From contig CABQJU010000007.1 of assembly GCA_902464575.1 (NCBI GenBank), positions 2,945 through 66,944 on the forward strand: a stretch of DNA of 64,000 bases. Direction: 5' to 3'. The notes under the pieces were generated by a model that saw only the letters and a program-made list of their open reading frames with translations, had not been told where the DNA came from and did no database searches. This DNA is from an uncultured Collinsella sp. Its GTDB lineage: Bacteria > Actinomycetota > Coriobacteriia > Coriobacteriales > Coriobacteriaceae. The position numbers and the translations under genes were made by a program. This document shows positions 56,472-64,000 of this stretch, piece after piece (positions within the stretch are counted from its first letter, which is position 1; each line of letters opens with the position of its first letter).

Positions 56472-57497
56472 ATGCGAGAACCCGTGTCCAGTCCGTTTAC
56501 CAGCTTTTTAGCCCAGCACTTTGACCAGATTAACGACTATCTGGCCACGTTCTTTGACGGACAGGCGACCTCTGCCGATATCGAGCGCTACCTGTATGCG
56601 CCGCTCTCGGCTTTTACGGCCAACGCCGGCAAGCGCCACCGCCCGCTTATCTGTATGCTCGCCGCAACCGCAGTGGGCGGTAGCTTTGAGAGCGCCCGCA
56701 GCGCCGCGGCAGCCATCGAGCATTTCCAGTCGGGCGCGCTGATCCACGACGACATCGCCGACAACGGACAGCTTCGTCGAGGCAAGCCCTGCATGCACCT
56801 TACCGAGGGCACGGGCCTTGCCATCAATTGCGGCGACCTGGCGCTCACTATGGTCACCAAGACGGTTCTCGACGACCCCACGCTGGAGTCCGACGTGAAG
56901 CTGCGCGTGCTCCACGAGCTTACCGAGATGATCGTCCGCACCATCGAGGGTCAAGCGCTCGACCTGGGTTGGGTCCGTGACGGGCGCTTTGATATCTCGG
57001 TTGATGACTACCTGGACATGGCGACGCACAAGACCGCGTTTTACAGCGGAGCCACGCCGCTTGCCGCCGGAGCCATTATCGGCGGCGGCAGCGATGAGCA
57101 AATCGAAGCGCTGCGCGCCTTTGGCCTGCACACAGGCCTTGCCTTTCAGATTCAGGACGACCTGCTCAACCTTGTCGGCACTAAGGAAGCCGCCAACAAG
57201 GACTTCCGCACCGACATCACCGAGGGCAAGCGCACGCTTGTCGCCGTACACGCCCTCTCTGATGAGCGCCGCCACGACGAGGTCGAGGCGATTCTTTCCT
57301 CGGGCACCGATGATCCCGCGCAGCTCGCACGCGCCGTGGAGATCTTCCAGGAGACCGACTCCATCGATTACGCCCACACTTACGCGCTCGACCTGACCGC
57401 TAAGGCCAAAGCGGCCATCGAGAACGTTGAGCTTGATCCGCACGCACGCGAGCTGTTCCTCTCCATGGCAGATTTCTTTGTGGAGCGTCTTAACTAA
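56472..57497 (+). CDS. Polyprenyl diphosphate synthase (GGPP synthase-like)
   Basis: LIHDDIADNG and FQIQDDLLN Asp-rich motifs; alternative ATG at 56433. Confidence 0.85.
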   Translation: MREPVSSPFTSFLAQHFDQINDYLATFFDGQATSADIERYLYAPLSAFTANAGKRHRPLICMLAATAVGGSFESARSAAAAIEHFQSGALIHDDIADNGQLRRGKPCMHLTEGTGLAINCGDLALTMVTKTVLDDPTLESDVKLRVLHELTEMIVRTIEGQALDLGWVRDGRFDISVDDYLDMATHKTAFYSGATPLAAGAIIGGGSDEQIEALRAFGLHTGLAFQIQDDLLNLVGTKEAANKDFRTDITEGKRTLVAVHALSDERRHDEVEAILSSGTDDPAQLARAVEIFQETDSIDYAHTYALDLTAKAKAAIENVELDPHARELFLSMADFFVERLN

Positions 57498-57635
57498 CGG
57501 GGGTTATAAAACCTGTCAGCAGCGTATTTAGGCACAACTTGCTACACTGTTGAGTGCATGTTTATGCATCCCTTTGCGTTGTCTATCCGACAGACGCTCA
57601 AATAGTACGAATGGTACGCCGAAAGGGGTTCGTTC

Positions 57636-58541
57636 ATGGAACCTATTACAACGGGCATGCAAGGAGCAGCCGTCGAGGACGTGCAGTCTCGTCTCCTGCA
57701 GCTCGGCTACACGATTGATGCCGCCGAAGTCACCGACAAGTACTTTGGAGCCACCACTGAGCAGGCCGTCAGCACCTTCAGGCTCGACAGCGGCCTTGCT
57801 GCCGGTCATGCCGTCGATATCCCCTGCTGGAGCGCCCTTGTAGACGCTTCGTATAAGCTGGGCGACCGCACTCTCTATCTGCGCATGCCCAATTTCCATG
57901 GCGCCGATGTGCAGGCCCTGCAGCGCGCTCTCAACGTTTTGGGCTTTGCCTGTGGCGAAGACGACGGCTACTTTGGTCCGCATACCGAGGCCGCCCTGCA
58001 GCAGTTCCAGGAAAATGTCGGCCTGTTTGCCGACGGCATGGCCTTCCAGGACACCTACGCCTACATCAACCGCCTGCACCATGTGTGGGAGGGCAAGCCC
58101 TCGGTCACCGAAGCCGAGTCCCGTATCGGTTTTGCTCGCGCCGCCAACGTGCTCGAGCGCTTCCAGATTGCCGTTATCGGCGAGGACCCCATCGCACGCA
58201 GCGTTGCGTCGCGCATGTGGAATATCGCCACGGCAACGACCGACAACAGCGGCATGATGCTCTGCGACTCCGAGGTCCCAACCGACGTTGACCTGGTGCT
58301 CGAGATCGCAAGCGATGAGCTGCCCGCAGATGCAGCGCCGCGCGCCACGATCGCCCTCGCCGAGTGCCACAACCTGGCCCAGCGCATCCGCACCGCCAAT
58401 GTCGCCGCGCAGCAGAAGCCAGCTCGCATTCGCATTGAGCTCACGGGCATGACGCGCTACAACGGCACTTTCACGGCCAGCGACGCGCAGACACTCGCCG
58501 TACGCCTGCTCGATGGTGTTTGCGATGCCCTCGCAGATTAG
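57636..58541 (+). CDS. Protein with two PG_binding_1-like repeats and an unknown C-terminal domain, no signal peptide seen
   Basis: 301 aa; GAAVEDVQSRLLQLGY ... YFGATTEQAV and GADVQALQRALNVLGF ... YFGPHTEAAL. Confidence 0.65.
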   Translation: MEPITTGMQGAAVEDVQSRLLQLGYTIDAAEVTDKYFGATTEQAVSTFRLDSGLAAGHAVDIPCWSALVDASYKLGDRTLYLRMPNFHGADVQALQRALNVLGFACGEDDGYFGPHTEAALQQFQENVGLFADGMAFQDTYAYINRLHHVWEGKPSVTEAESRIGFARAANVLERFQIAVIGEDPIARSVASRMWNIATATTDNSGMMLCDSEVPTDVDLVLEIASDELPADAAPRATIALAECHNLAQRIRTANVAAQQKPARIRIELTGMTRYNGTFTASDAQTLAVRLLDGVCDALAD

Positions 58542-58579
58542 GTAAACTAAACGAGTTGCTTTTGGGCAACACCGCACAT

Positions 58580-58654
58580 TGGGACGTAGTTCAACGGTAG
58601 AACTCCGGTTTTTGGTGCCGGCTGTTGGGGGTTCGAATCCCTCCGTCCCAGCCA
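58580..58654 (+). tRNA. tRNA-Gln (anticodon TTG)
   Basis: 75 nt; acceptor TGGGACG/CGTCCCA; anticodon stem CCGGT/GCCGG with loop TTTTGGT; T-arm GGGGG-TTCGAAT-CCCTC; CCA encoded. Confidence 0.88.
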
Positions 58655-58663
58655 TTAAAATTG

Positions 58664-58700
58664 AGCGCCCTGAGCCCATAACGGCCCAGGGCGCTTTCTT
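58664..58700 (+). terminator. tRNA-Gln terminator
   Basis: agcgccctg(a)gcc-loop-ggcccagggcgct followed by ttctt. Confidence 0.7.
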
Positions 58701-58701
58701 G

Positions 58702-58728
58702 TGGGCAAGCGGAGGGATTCGAACCCGC
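58702..58728 (-). other. Inverted tRNA-like T-arm/acceptor fragment
   Basis: Minus strand GCGGG-TTCGAAT-CCCTC-CGCTTGCCCA shares GGGTTCGAATCCCTCCG with the adjacent tRNA-Gln but lies in inverted orientation. No 5' acceptor partner or anticodon arm. Confidence 0.4.
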
Positions 58729-58865
58729 AAGGGTGCAGAGCTGAGGAAACGCGAAGGCGCCCCAAGCCCATTAGGACCAAGAGCGTCTTACATCTTGAAA
58801 TATCAGCCCAATTCCGAAAAGCGAGCCGCCTTCTACAACGTGCCGTGTGGCCCCGACGGGCCGGG

Positions 58866-58910
58866 CATTAAGTTTGTCGCGAGTTCCGCACGAACAGGAG
58901 GCCACTTAAC
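58866..58910 (+). repeat. Truncated copy C of the conserved core (left half only)
   Basis: gcattaagtttgtcgcgagttccgcacgaacaggaggccacttaac matches the left arm end plus the first ~33 nt of the core of copies A and B; no right arm. Confidence 0.7.
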
Positions 58911-58931
58911 CTCGATGTTTTGGACGTGACA

Positions 58932-59037
58932 GCGAGAGGGGCCCTGGTATGGCAAGGTGACGTGAAACAAGGCGGCGCTGACCTTCTGGTCGCGCCGCCG
59001 AAGTTGAACGTCAGATTGCCGTGCCAGGGCCCCTCGC
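58932..59037. repeat. 106-nt long imperfect hairpin (candidate structured RNA)
   Basis: Arms gcgagaggggccctggtatggcaaggtgacgt / acgtcagattgccgtgccagggcccctcgc with an apical GGCGGCGC(T)GACC-TTCT-GGTCGCGCCGCC hairpin. Confidence 0.7.
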
Positions 59038-59041
59038 AGCG

Positions 59042-59072
59042 TCAAGAAGACCGCCGTTCGGTAGAACGGCGG
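59042..59072 (-). terminator. Terminator of the Toprim-domain gene
   Basis: Minus strand ccgccgttc-tacc-gaacggcgg followed by tcttctt, starting 3 nt after the stop codon. Confidence 0.6.
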
Positions 59073-59074
59073 AG

Positions 59075-61291
59075 CTAATTGTTCAGCATGCGGTCGAAGC
59101 TTCCCGAGTCGCCATCCCGATAGTCTGCGGTCATCAGAATCTCCTGCGGAATGCGCCCGCCTTCACGTAGCACGTTGCGGAACTGCACGCGCGTAACCAT
59201 GGGCAGATCCTTGATCGTCGCTGCCAGGTTCTGCGGCACGCCCTGGTTGGCAGCCGCGGGCTCGCACTCGCCGCCGGCCTTCACGCGACGCTTATGCTCG
59301 GCGAGCATGGCGCGGTACATGCCGGCATGCAGGCGAATCTCAACCACATTGGCATTGCGAGCCTGTTCGACGATGCGCGCGCCCTCGCGATCGATATCGC
59401 CTACGTAGTAGACGTAGTTAAAGCGATAGCCAATCTCGGCCAGATAATCGTCCAAGGCATGCGAGACGCTCGCCTTGCATCCGCCGCCAAAAATCACGCC
59501 GCCCACCTTGATGCCAAAGAGCTTGGCGTGCTTGCGGCCACGCAGCAGCTTGACGATCTCGTCGTAGGTGTCCAGGTTCTCGACCATAATGAACGGCTTG
59601 TCGGCTCCCAGCGTAAAGAAGCCCGTAAAGTGCACGGGGCGATTGGGGGCGACCTTGATCGCCTGCATGCTGATGCCCTTTTCGGTCATACGCCTGATCA
59701 AGCGCTCACCGTGCTTGCCGTCAAAAGCCTTCTCGTCGTTAAAGATCTGGTAGGCACGCTGGCGGCGCGAGGCAACCGGCGTATCGGCACCTCGGTTCTG
59801 CTCGATCCAAGCCTGGATGATTGCGATTTCCTCGGCAATCTTGCGGTTGGACATCTCGTTGTGCTGAGTGCGCTGCGGAGCCTTTTTGCCGTCCTTGCCC
59901 TCGACCTTTACGATCTGTGTCTGCTGCTCCTTAATCTTGGAGAGCGCCATTGGCGTGGGAACGACCTTGAGCAGCTGCCTGCCCAGGACACGGGCCAGAG
60001 CAAACGCCGAAACCTCGCCATGAGCGGGCTGCTCAGGCTGCTGGGCGGCCGCATCGTTTGCAGTCGGTTTGGGCTGCGCCTGGGATTTGTGCTTGGAATC
60101 TGCCTGAGCTTTGCGCTCTTGCTTTGGCGCGGACGAGCTCTTTTGCGAACGTTCAGGCTTGTCCCCCTTCGCCGGCTGGCGCTTGGGCTGCTCCACCGGG
60201 GTCTCAGCCTTCACATCCTTGTTTTGCGTTGTCGCCTTCTCGGCCACGGTTTCGGCATTTGAGCCACGTCCGCCACGGTGACGACGACGGCGGGGCTTGC
60301 TCGAAGCGCTCTCCCCCGCCTGTTTATCAGCGGACTGTTGAACTTTGACCTCGGTGTCAGCCGCAGGCTGCGACTCGGAAGGTTGCTGCTCGCGAGCCGC
60401 CGGCTCAACGGTTTTCTCGGTTTGTTCGGCCTTATCGGCCTGAGCGGTCGAAGCCGGCTCGCCCTTCTCCTGACGCTTTACGGGATACGCGCGCCCTGCA
60501 AAACCGCGGCCGGGACGACACGAACCCGGAGCCCTCTTGGCAGACTCCTCAACATCGTCTGCAACCTCGGAAGGCTCTTCAACCTCACGCGCGACATCCT
60601 GCTGCGCAGCCTTGAAGTGAGCACCGCGACGACGCTTGGGCTCTTGGGCCTCCACGGGCTTTTGTTCCTTCGCGGGCTCCTGCGACTCAGCGGCAACCTC
60701 GGTCTCAACAGCCTCAGCATCCGTCTCACCCTTTCGAGCAACGGCGCGACGGAAGCGCTCCTGCTGGGCGCGGCGCTGCGCATCGCGCTTGCCACCCCCG
60801 CCAAAACCGCCGCGTCCTGCCTTGGCCGTAAAGGCACGCACGACGTTCTCATCGAGCAACTCATCGGTATCGACATGCTCACGCGGGGCAACTTCTTCCA
60901 CAGCAGGCACGTCAGCGGGATCCTCGACGACAAAATCCTCGACGGACTCGGCAGGCTGCTCCTGGGCATCGCGGATCTCGGCATTGATGGTATAGAACGC
61001 CGGGCGCCCGTTAATGCCGCTACCCTCGATCTTGGTCACGATATTTGCCGCGATAAGCTCATCGCGCATCGCCTTGGTGTCACATTCCTTATCGACGGAG
61101 CGGAAAATTTGCGCCAGCGCGCTCGACTTGATCTTGAGCGCCTTGCGGCAAAGCAGGTCGTAGGCAACCAGCTTGGCACGCTCAGCAGAAAGCGATGTCT
61201 GGCTGCTCAGACGCTCAGCCAGGGCATCGACATTATTTTGGTTATCGGAATATACCGTCTTGGCCACGGGGCCCCTTTCATATGTACACAT
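59075..61291 (-). CDS. Orphan JetD/MksG-like (DUF2220-type) Toprim-domain protein with N-terminal wHTH-like domain and a long low-complexity linker
   Basis: 738 aa (alternative GTG start at 61267 after AAAGGGG). The C-terminus has FIMVENLDTYDEI, VIFGGGCKAS, YYVGDIDREGARIVEQAR and LHAGMYRAMLAEH in the order seen in JetD/TopoVI-A Toprim domains. The middle ~300 aa are K/E/Q/P/A-rich. Confidence 0.55.
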   Translation of the reverse strand: MCTYERGPVAKTVYSDNQNNVDALAERLSSQTSLSAERAKLVAYDLLCRKALKIKSSALAQIFRSVDKECDTKAMRDELIAANIVTKIEGSGINGRPAFYTINAEIRDAQEQPAESVEDFVVEDPADVPAVEEVAPREHVDTDELLDENVVRAFTAKAGRGGFGGGGKRDAQRRAQQERFRRAVARKGETDAEAVETEVAAESQEPAKEQKPVEAQEPKRRRGAHFKAAQQDVAREVEEPSEVADDVEESAKRAPGSCRPGRGFAGRAYPVKRQEKGEPASTAQADKAEQTEKTVEPAAREQQPSESQPAADTEVKVQQSADKQAGESASSKPRRRRHRGGRGSNAETVAEKATTQNKDVKAETPVEQPKRQPAKGDKPERSQKSSSAPKQERKAQADSKHKSQAQPKPTANDAAAQQPEQPAHGEVSAFALARVLGRQLLKVVPTPMALSKIKEQQTQIVKVEGKDGKKAPQRTQHNEMSNRKIAEEIAIIQAWIEQNRGADTPVASRRQRAYQIFNDEKAFDGKHGERLIRRMTEKGISMQAIKVAPNRPVHFTGFFTLGADKPFIMVENLDTYDEIVKLLRGRKHAKLFGIKVGGVIFGGGCKASVSHALDDYLAEIGYRFNYVYYVGDIDREGARIVEQARNANVVEIRLHAGMYRAMLAEHKRRVKAGGECEPAAANQGVPQNLAATIKDLPMVTRVQFRNVLREGGRIPQEILMTADYRDGDSGSFDRMLNN

Positions 61292-61450
61292 ATACGTCTA
61301 TATGGTACAACGCGCGCCCTTATCCACGCAAAACATCTGCGAGAACACTCGAGCGTCACCCGCTTTTGCATGAAAAAAGACCGAGCCCGCGAAGTCGCGG
61401 ACCCGGTCTTTCCGAGTCAAATGGATGGGAGATTCAACCCGTCCGACCGA

Positions 61451-63340
61451 CTAGGCCTTGGCGGCCTCGGCGTCGGCAGGAGCCTCAGCGGCAGCGGCGC
61501 GACCGTACTCGGCCTTGCCCATATCGGACCACTCGGGCTCCTCATCAGGCATGGAGCCAGCCTCCTTGCCGAAGAACTCCTTGAGGCAGTTGACGGCAAC
61601 GATGAGGCCCAGGACCATCAGCAGGACGGCAAAGACGAGCTGCAGGCCCTTGGTGGCGGCGACGGAGACGGCGGCCGTGGTGGCGGTAGCCGGGATGGTA
61701 CCGAAGAAACCGTAGGCCTGGACGGCGGTCATGCAGCCCATGGCGCTCTGGACCAGCGAGGTGAAGGTGCAGCAGAGCAGGAAGACGACGGGCACGTAGA
61801 GCATCCAGCCCTTGCGGCCGGTGCACTTGCAGAACACGGCGAGGGTGATCATGGTCATGCCGCCGAGCAGCTGGTTGGAAGCACCAAAGAGCGGCCAGAT
61901 GTTGGCATAGCCACCAAAAGCGAGAGCGAGACCGGGAAGCAGGGTAACGACCGTGGCGAACCAGGGGTTGCCGAGGACCTTCATGTAGCCGGCCTTGGAC
62001 TCGATGGCCAGGGCGTCGTTGGTCTGGGCAAAGAACTCGGAGAACGAGGTGCGGGCGATGCGGGCGACGGCGTCGAGCGAGGTCAGGGCCAGAGCGGAGA
62101 CGTTCATGGTCATGAAGACGGTAGCGAGCGTGCCGTCAACACCGAAGGCCTGCATACCGCGGGAGATGCCGGCGGCGAAGATCTGGAACGGGGTGGAAGC
62201 GACACCGGCGTTGAGAGCGCCAGTACCGGCGGTGTTCATATCGGAGAACATGATGCCGGCGACGATGATGGCAAGGATGCCAACGAAGGACTCGACGATC
62301 ATTGCACCGTAACCGACCTTGACGGCGTCCTGCTCCTTCTCGACCTGCTTGGAAGAGGTGCCGGAAGAAACGAGGCTGTGGAAACCGGAGAGAGCACCGC
62401 ATGCGACGGAGACGAACAGGACCGGGAACATCATGCCGGAGGCAGTGGAGAAGCCGGTGAAGACCGGAGCGGTGATAGTGGCCTGACCGTTGACACCCAG
62501 GACGACGATGCCGAGGACAGCGCAGACGATCATGACGATCATCATGATGGAAGTGAGGTAGTCACGCGGGGTCTTGAGCATCTGGATGGGCATAGCGCCA
62601 GCGAAGACCAGGTAGACCATGACGACGGCGAACCACTGGAACTTATCCAGGTAGACCGGGAACTGCATACCGACGGCGAACATGAGAACCATGAGGATAA
62701 CGCCGGTGACGAACTCGGCAGCGCCGGTGAGGTTGAACTTCTTCTGGGCCCAACCAAAGGCGATAGCGACGAAGGTGAACAGGATGGAGATGGTACCAGC
62801 GCAGCCGGCGGCATAGGACTTGGTGAAGTCGATGGCACCGGTAGCAGCACCAGAAGCGTCAACGGCCGGGGTGAACATGAACGTCTTGCAGACCATGTCG
62901 GTGAAGGCGGCGATGACGATGATGCAGAACAGCCAGCAGAACAGCAGGAACAGGCGACGGCCGGTCTTGCCGATGTACTTCTCGATGAGCTGAGCGAGCG
63001 ACTTGCCGTTGTTCTTCATCGAAGCGTACAGGGCACCAAAGTCGTGGACGGCGCCAAAGAAGATGCCGCCGACGAGGACCCAGAGCACGACGGGCAGCCA
63101 GCCAAAGGCCATGGCGACGATCGTACCCGTAACAGGGCCAGCACCGCAGATCGAGCTGAACTGGTGCGAGAACGCAGTGAAGGCGGAGACGGGCGAGAAG
63201 CTGTTGCCGTCCTTCATGCGCTTGGCCGGCGTGAGGGCCTCTTTGTCAACGCCCCACTTGTTGGCCAGCCAGCGGCCATAGCCCAGATAGCCGCAGGCGA
63301 GCACCGCCGCGGTCACAACCATGAGCAAAACTCCGTTCAT
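61451..63340 (-). CDS. cstA: Carbon starvation protein A (peptide/pyruvate transporter family)
   Basis: 629 aa, polytopic; CstA motifs FSHQFSSICGAGPVTG and HSLVSSGTSSKQ; Ala-rich C-terminal tail. Confidence 0.92.
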   Translation of the reverse strand: MNGVLLMVVTAAVLACGYLGYGRWLANKWGVDKEALTPAKRMKDGNSFSPVSAFTAFSHQFSSICGAGPVTGTIVAMAFGWLPVVLWVLVGGIFFGAVHDFGALYASMKNNGKSLAQLIEKYIGKTGRRLFLLFCWLFCIIVIAAFTDMVCKTFMFTPAVDASGAATGAIDFTKSYAAGCAGTISILFTFVAIAFGWAQKKFNLTGAAEFVTGVILMVLMFAVGMQFPVYLDKFQWFAVVMVYLVFAGAMPIQMLKTPRDYLTSIMMIVMIVCAVLGIVVLGVNGQATITAPVFTGFSTASGMMFPVLFVSVACGALSGFHSLVSSGTSSKQVEKEQDAVKVGYGAMIVESFVGILAIIVAGIMFSDMNTAGTGALNAGVASTPFQIFAAGISRGMQAFGVDGTLATVFMTMNVSALALTSLDAVARIARTSFSEFFAQTNDALAIESKAGYMKVLGNPWFATVVTLLPGLALAFGGYANIWPLFGASNQLLGGMTMITLAVFCKCTGRKGWMLYVPVVFLLCCTFTSLVQSAMGCMTAVQAYGFFGTIPATATTAAVSVAATKGLQLVFAVLLMVLGLIVAVNCLKEFFGKEAGSMPDEEPEWSDMGKAEYGRAAAAEAPADAEAAKA

Positions 63341-63374
63341 GTCATTTCCTCCTCTAAAAAGAACTTCTCAGACA

Positions 63375-63414
63375 TAAAAAATGAGGGCCGTCGGTTGCGC
63401 TCGACGGCCCTCAT
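63375..63414 (-). terminator. Terminator/attenuator hairpin inside the cstA leader, about 35 nt upstream of the start codon
   Basis: Minus strand tgagggccgtcg-8 nt-cgacggccctca followed by TTTTTTAT. Confidence 0.55.
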
Positions 63415-63581
63415 CTTCATCAGCCGCCCGTTATCGTACGGGCTAGCTGTATGTGCTAACCCGCATCAGATAATTACTACGCTGATAATGTTTAGCTGAT
63501 GCGTGAACATGTCTAAGAAATCCTCTTCAATCATGATGCGAACGATCCGTGCGTGTTCACATCCCCCAGTGGTTGAAAAGG

Positions 63582-63610
63582 AGTATGAAACTTTAGTTAC
63601 CTAAAGTCAA
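63582..63610 (-). promoter_or_regulatory. Candidate sigma-70-type promoter of cstA
   Basis: Sense strand TTGACT (63610-63605), 17-nt spacer, CATACT (63587-63582); gives a leader of about 235 nt. Confidence 0.4.
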
Positions 63611-63707
63611 CGCAAATTTGTAATGAATTTTCAACTTTTTTGGATTTCTCGGTATAAAACGCCACTGACCTCGGACTTTACCCCACGACAGTTTTTGCAT
63701 GAGAGAT

Positions 63708-63860
63708 GCCCCTGAGAGCCGCGGGAGCCGGGCGGCGCATATGAACTTTCCTGCTCTACAGTCCTGCGCAAGACGGAAAGCACATTAAGTGCTTTCCTTT
63801 GCGTGCGGAGCTCGCGATAAAGTTCATATGCGCCGCCCGGCTCCCGCGGCTCTCAGGGGC
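63708..63860. repeat. Core-in-palindrome element, copy B: the same 69-nt core (inverted) flanked by a 42-bp perfect inverted repeat
   Basis: 63708-63749 is the exact reverse complement of 63819-63860. The reverse complement of the core at 63750-63818 aligns with 40985-41053 over the same 69-nt length. Confidence 0.9.
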
Positions 63861-64000
63861 TCCCATCCCAAATGCGGGGCAAAGCTCCGCACGCCAACTT
63901 TTTCTTTCAGCTAAAGAACGCCGGAAATTCGACGCTGGCTTGTTAACCTTGCTGGACGTTGTCGACGCCAAACCAGCCCAGAAGCTATATCGATACAGAA

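Noticed and set aside
58932-59037. Possible SRP (4.5S) RNA or RNase P RNA, because of the long hairpin
   Set aside because: The SRP domain IV motif (GGUCCGGAAGGAAGCAGCC-like, GNAR loop context) is absent. The RNase P signatures GAGGAAAGTCCGGGC and ACAGAACCCGGCTTA are also absent.
58701-59045. Possible tmRNA (ssrA) on the minus strand, because of the tRNA-like 3' end GGGTTCGAATCCC...
   Set aside because: No 5' sequence complementary to the putative 3' acceptor strand (CGCTTGC). No GGGG..GA..TTCGAC 5' domain. No resume codon or ...ALAA-type tag ORF. The T-stem has a mismatch.

Overview
High-GC chromosomal segment (visibly above 60% GC in coding regions) from an Actinomycetota-type Gram-positive genome. 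Gene content and synteny (eno-ftsB-ppx, a long his operon, several mannose-family PTS sets, CstA, a PcsB-like hydrolase) suggest a Coriobacteriia/Collinsella-like gut anaerobe; this is inference only. I call about 60 protein genes and 2 tRNAs, nearly all core or carbohydrate metabolism. (i) An eno-mazG housekeeping block. (ii) A fused cydDC exporter. (iii) A complete histidine operon, hisZG-D-C-B-H-A-F-I-orf75-E, plus a PHP-type histidinol phosphatase. (iv) A 15-kb block with three mannose-family PTS sets, three SIS (FrlB/GfrE/GfrF-like) genes, two GntR regulators, an MFS and an EamA transporter; it carries a 1047-bp perfect direct repeat and an 851-bp identical conversion tract. (v) murB, a LacI regulator and a secreted NlpC/P60 hydrolase. 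(vi) galE-malQ-glgP, a sugar ABC system, and a PTS EIICB fused to a Cof-type HAD phosphatase. (vii) tRNA-Gln, an orphan JetD/MksG-like Toprim protein, and cstA. I saw no transposase, integrase, CRISPR-cas or known defence operon. The most unusual items are: the orphan Toprim protein with adjacent structured non-coding DNA; a repeat family with a conserved 69-nt core inside locus-specific perfect 28-bp and 42-bp inverted repeats; two tandem arrays of alternating inverted repeats (REPIN/BIME- or iteron-like); the PTS-phosphatase fusion; and recent duplication and gene conversion in the PTS block. All functional calls come from motif recognition by eye. No database search or folding program was available. 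The ORF track renders GTG/TTG starts as M, so several start codons were re-chosen using ATG plus a Shine-Dalgarno (SD) match.
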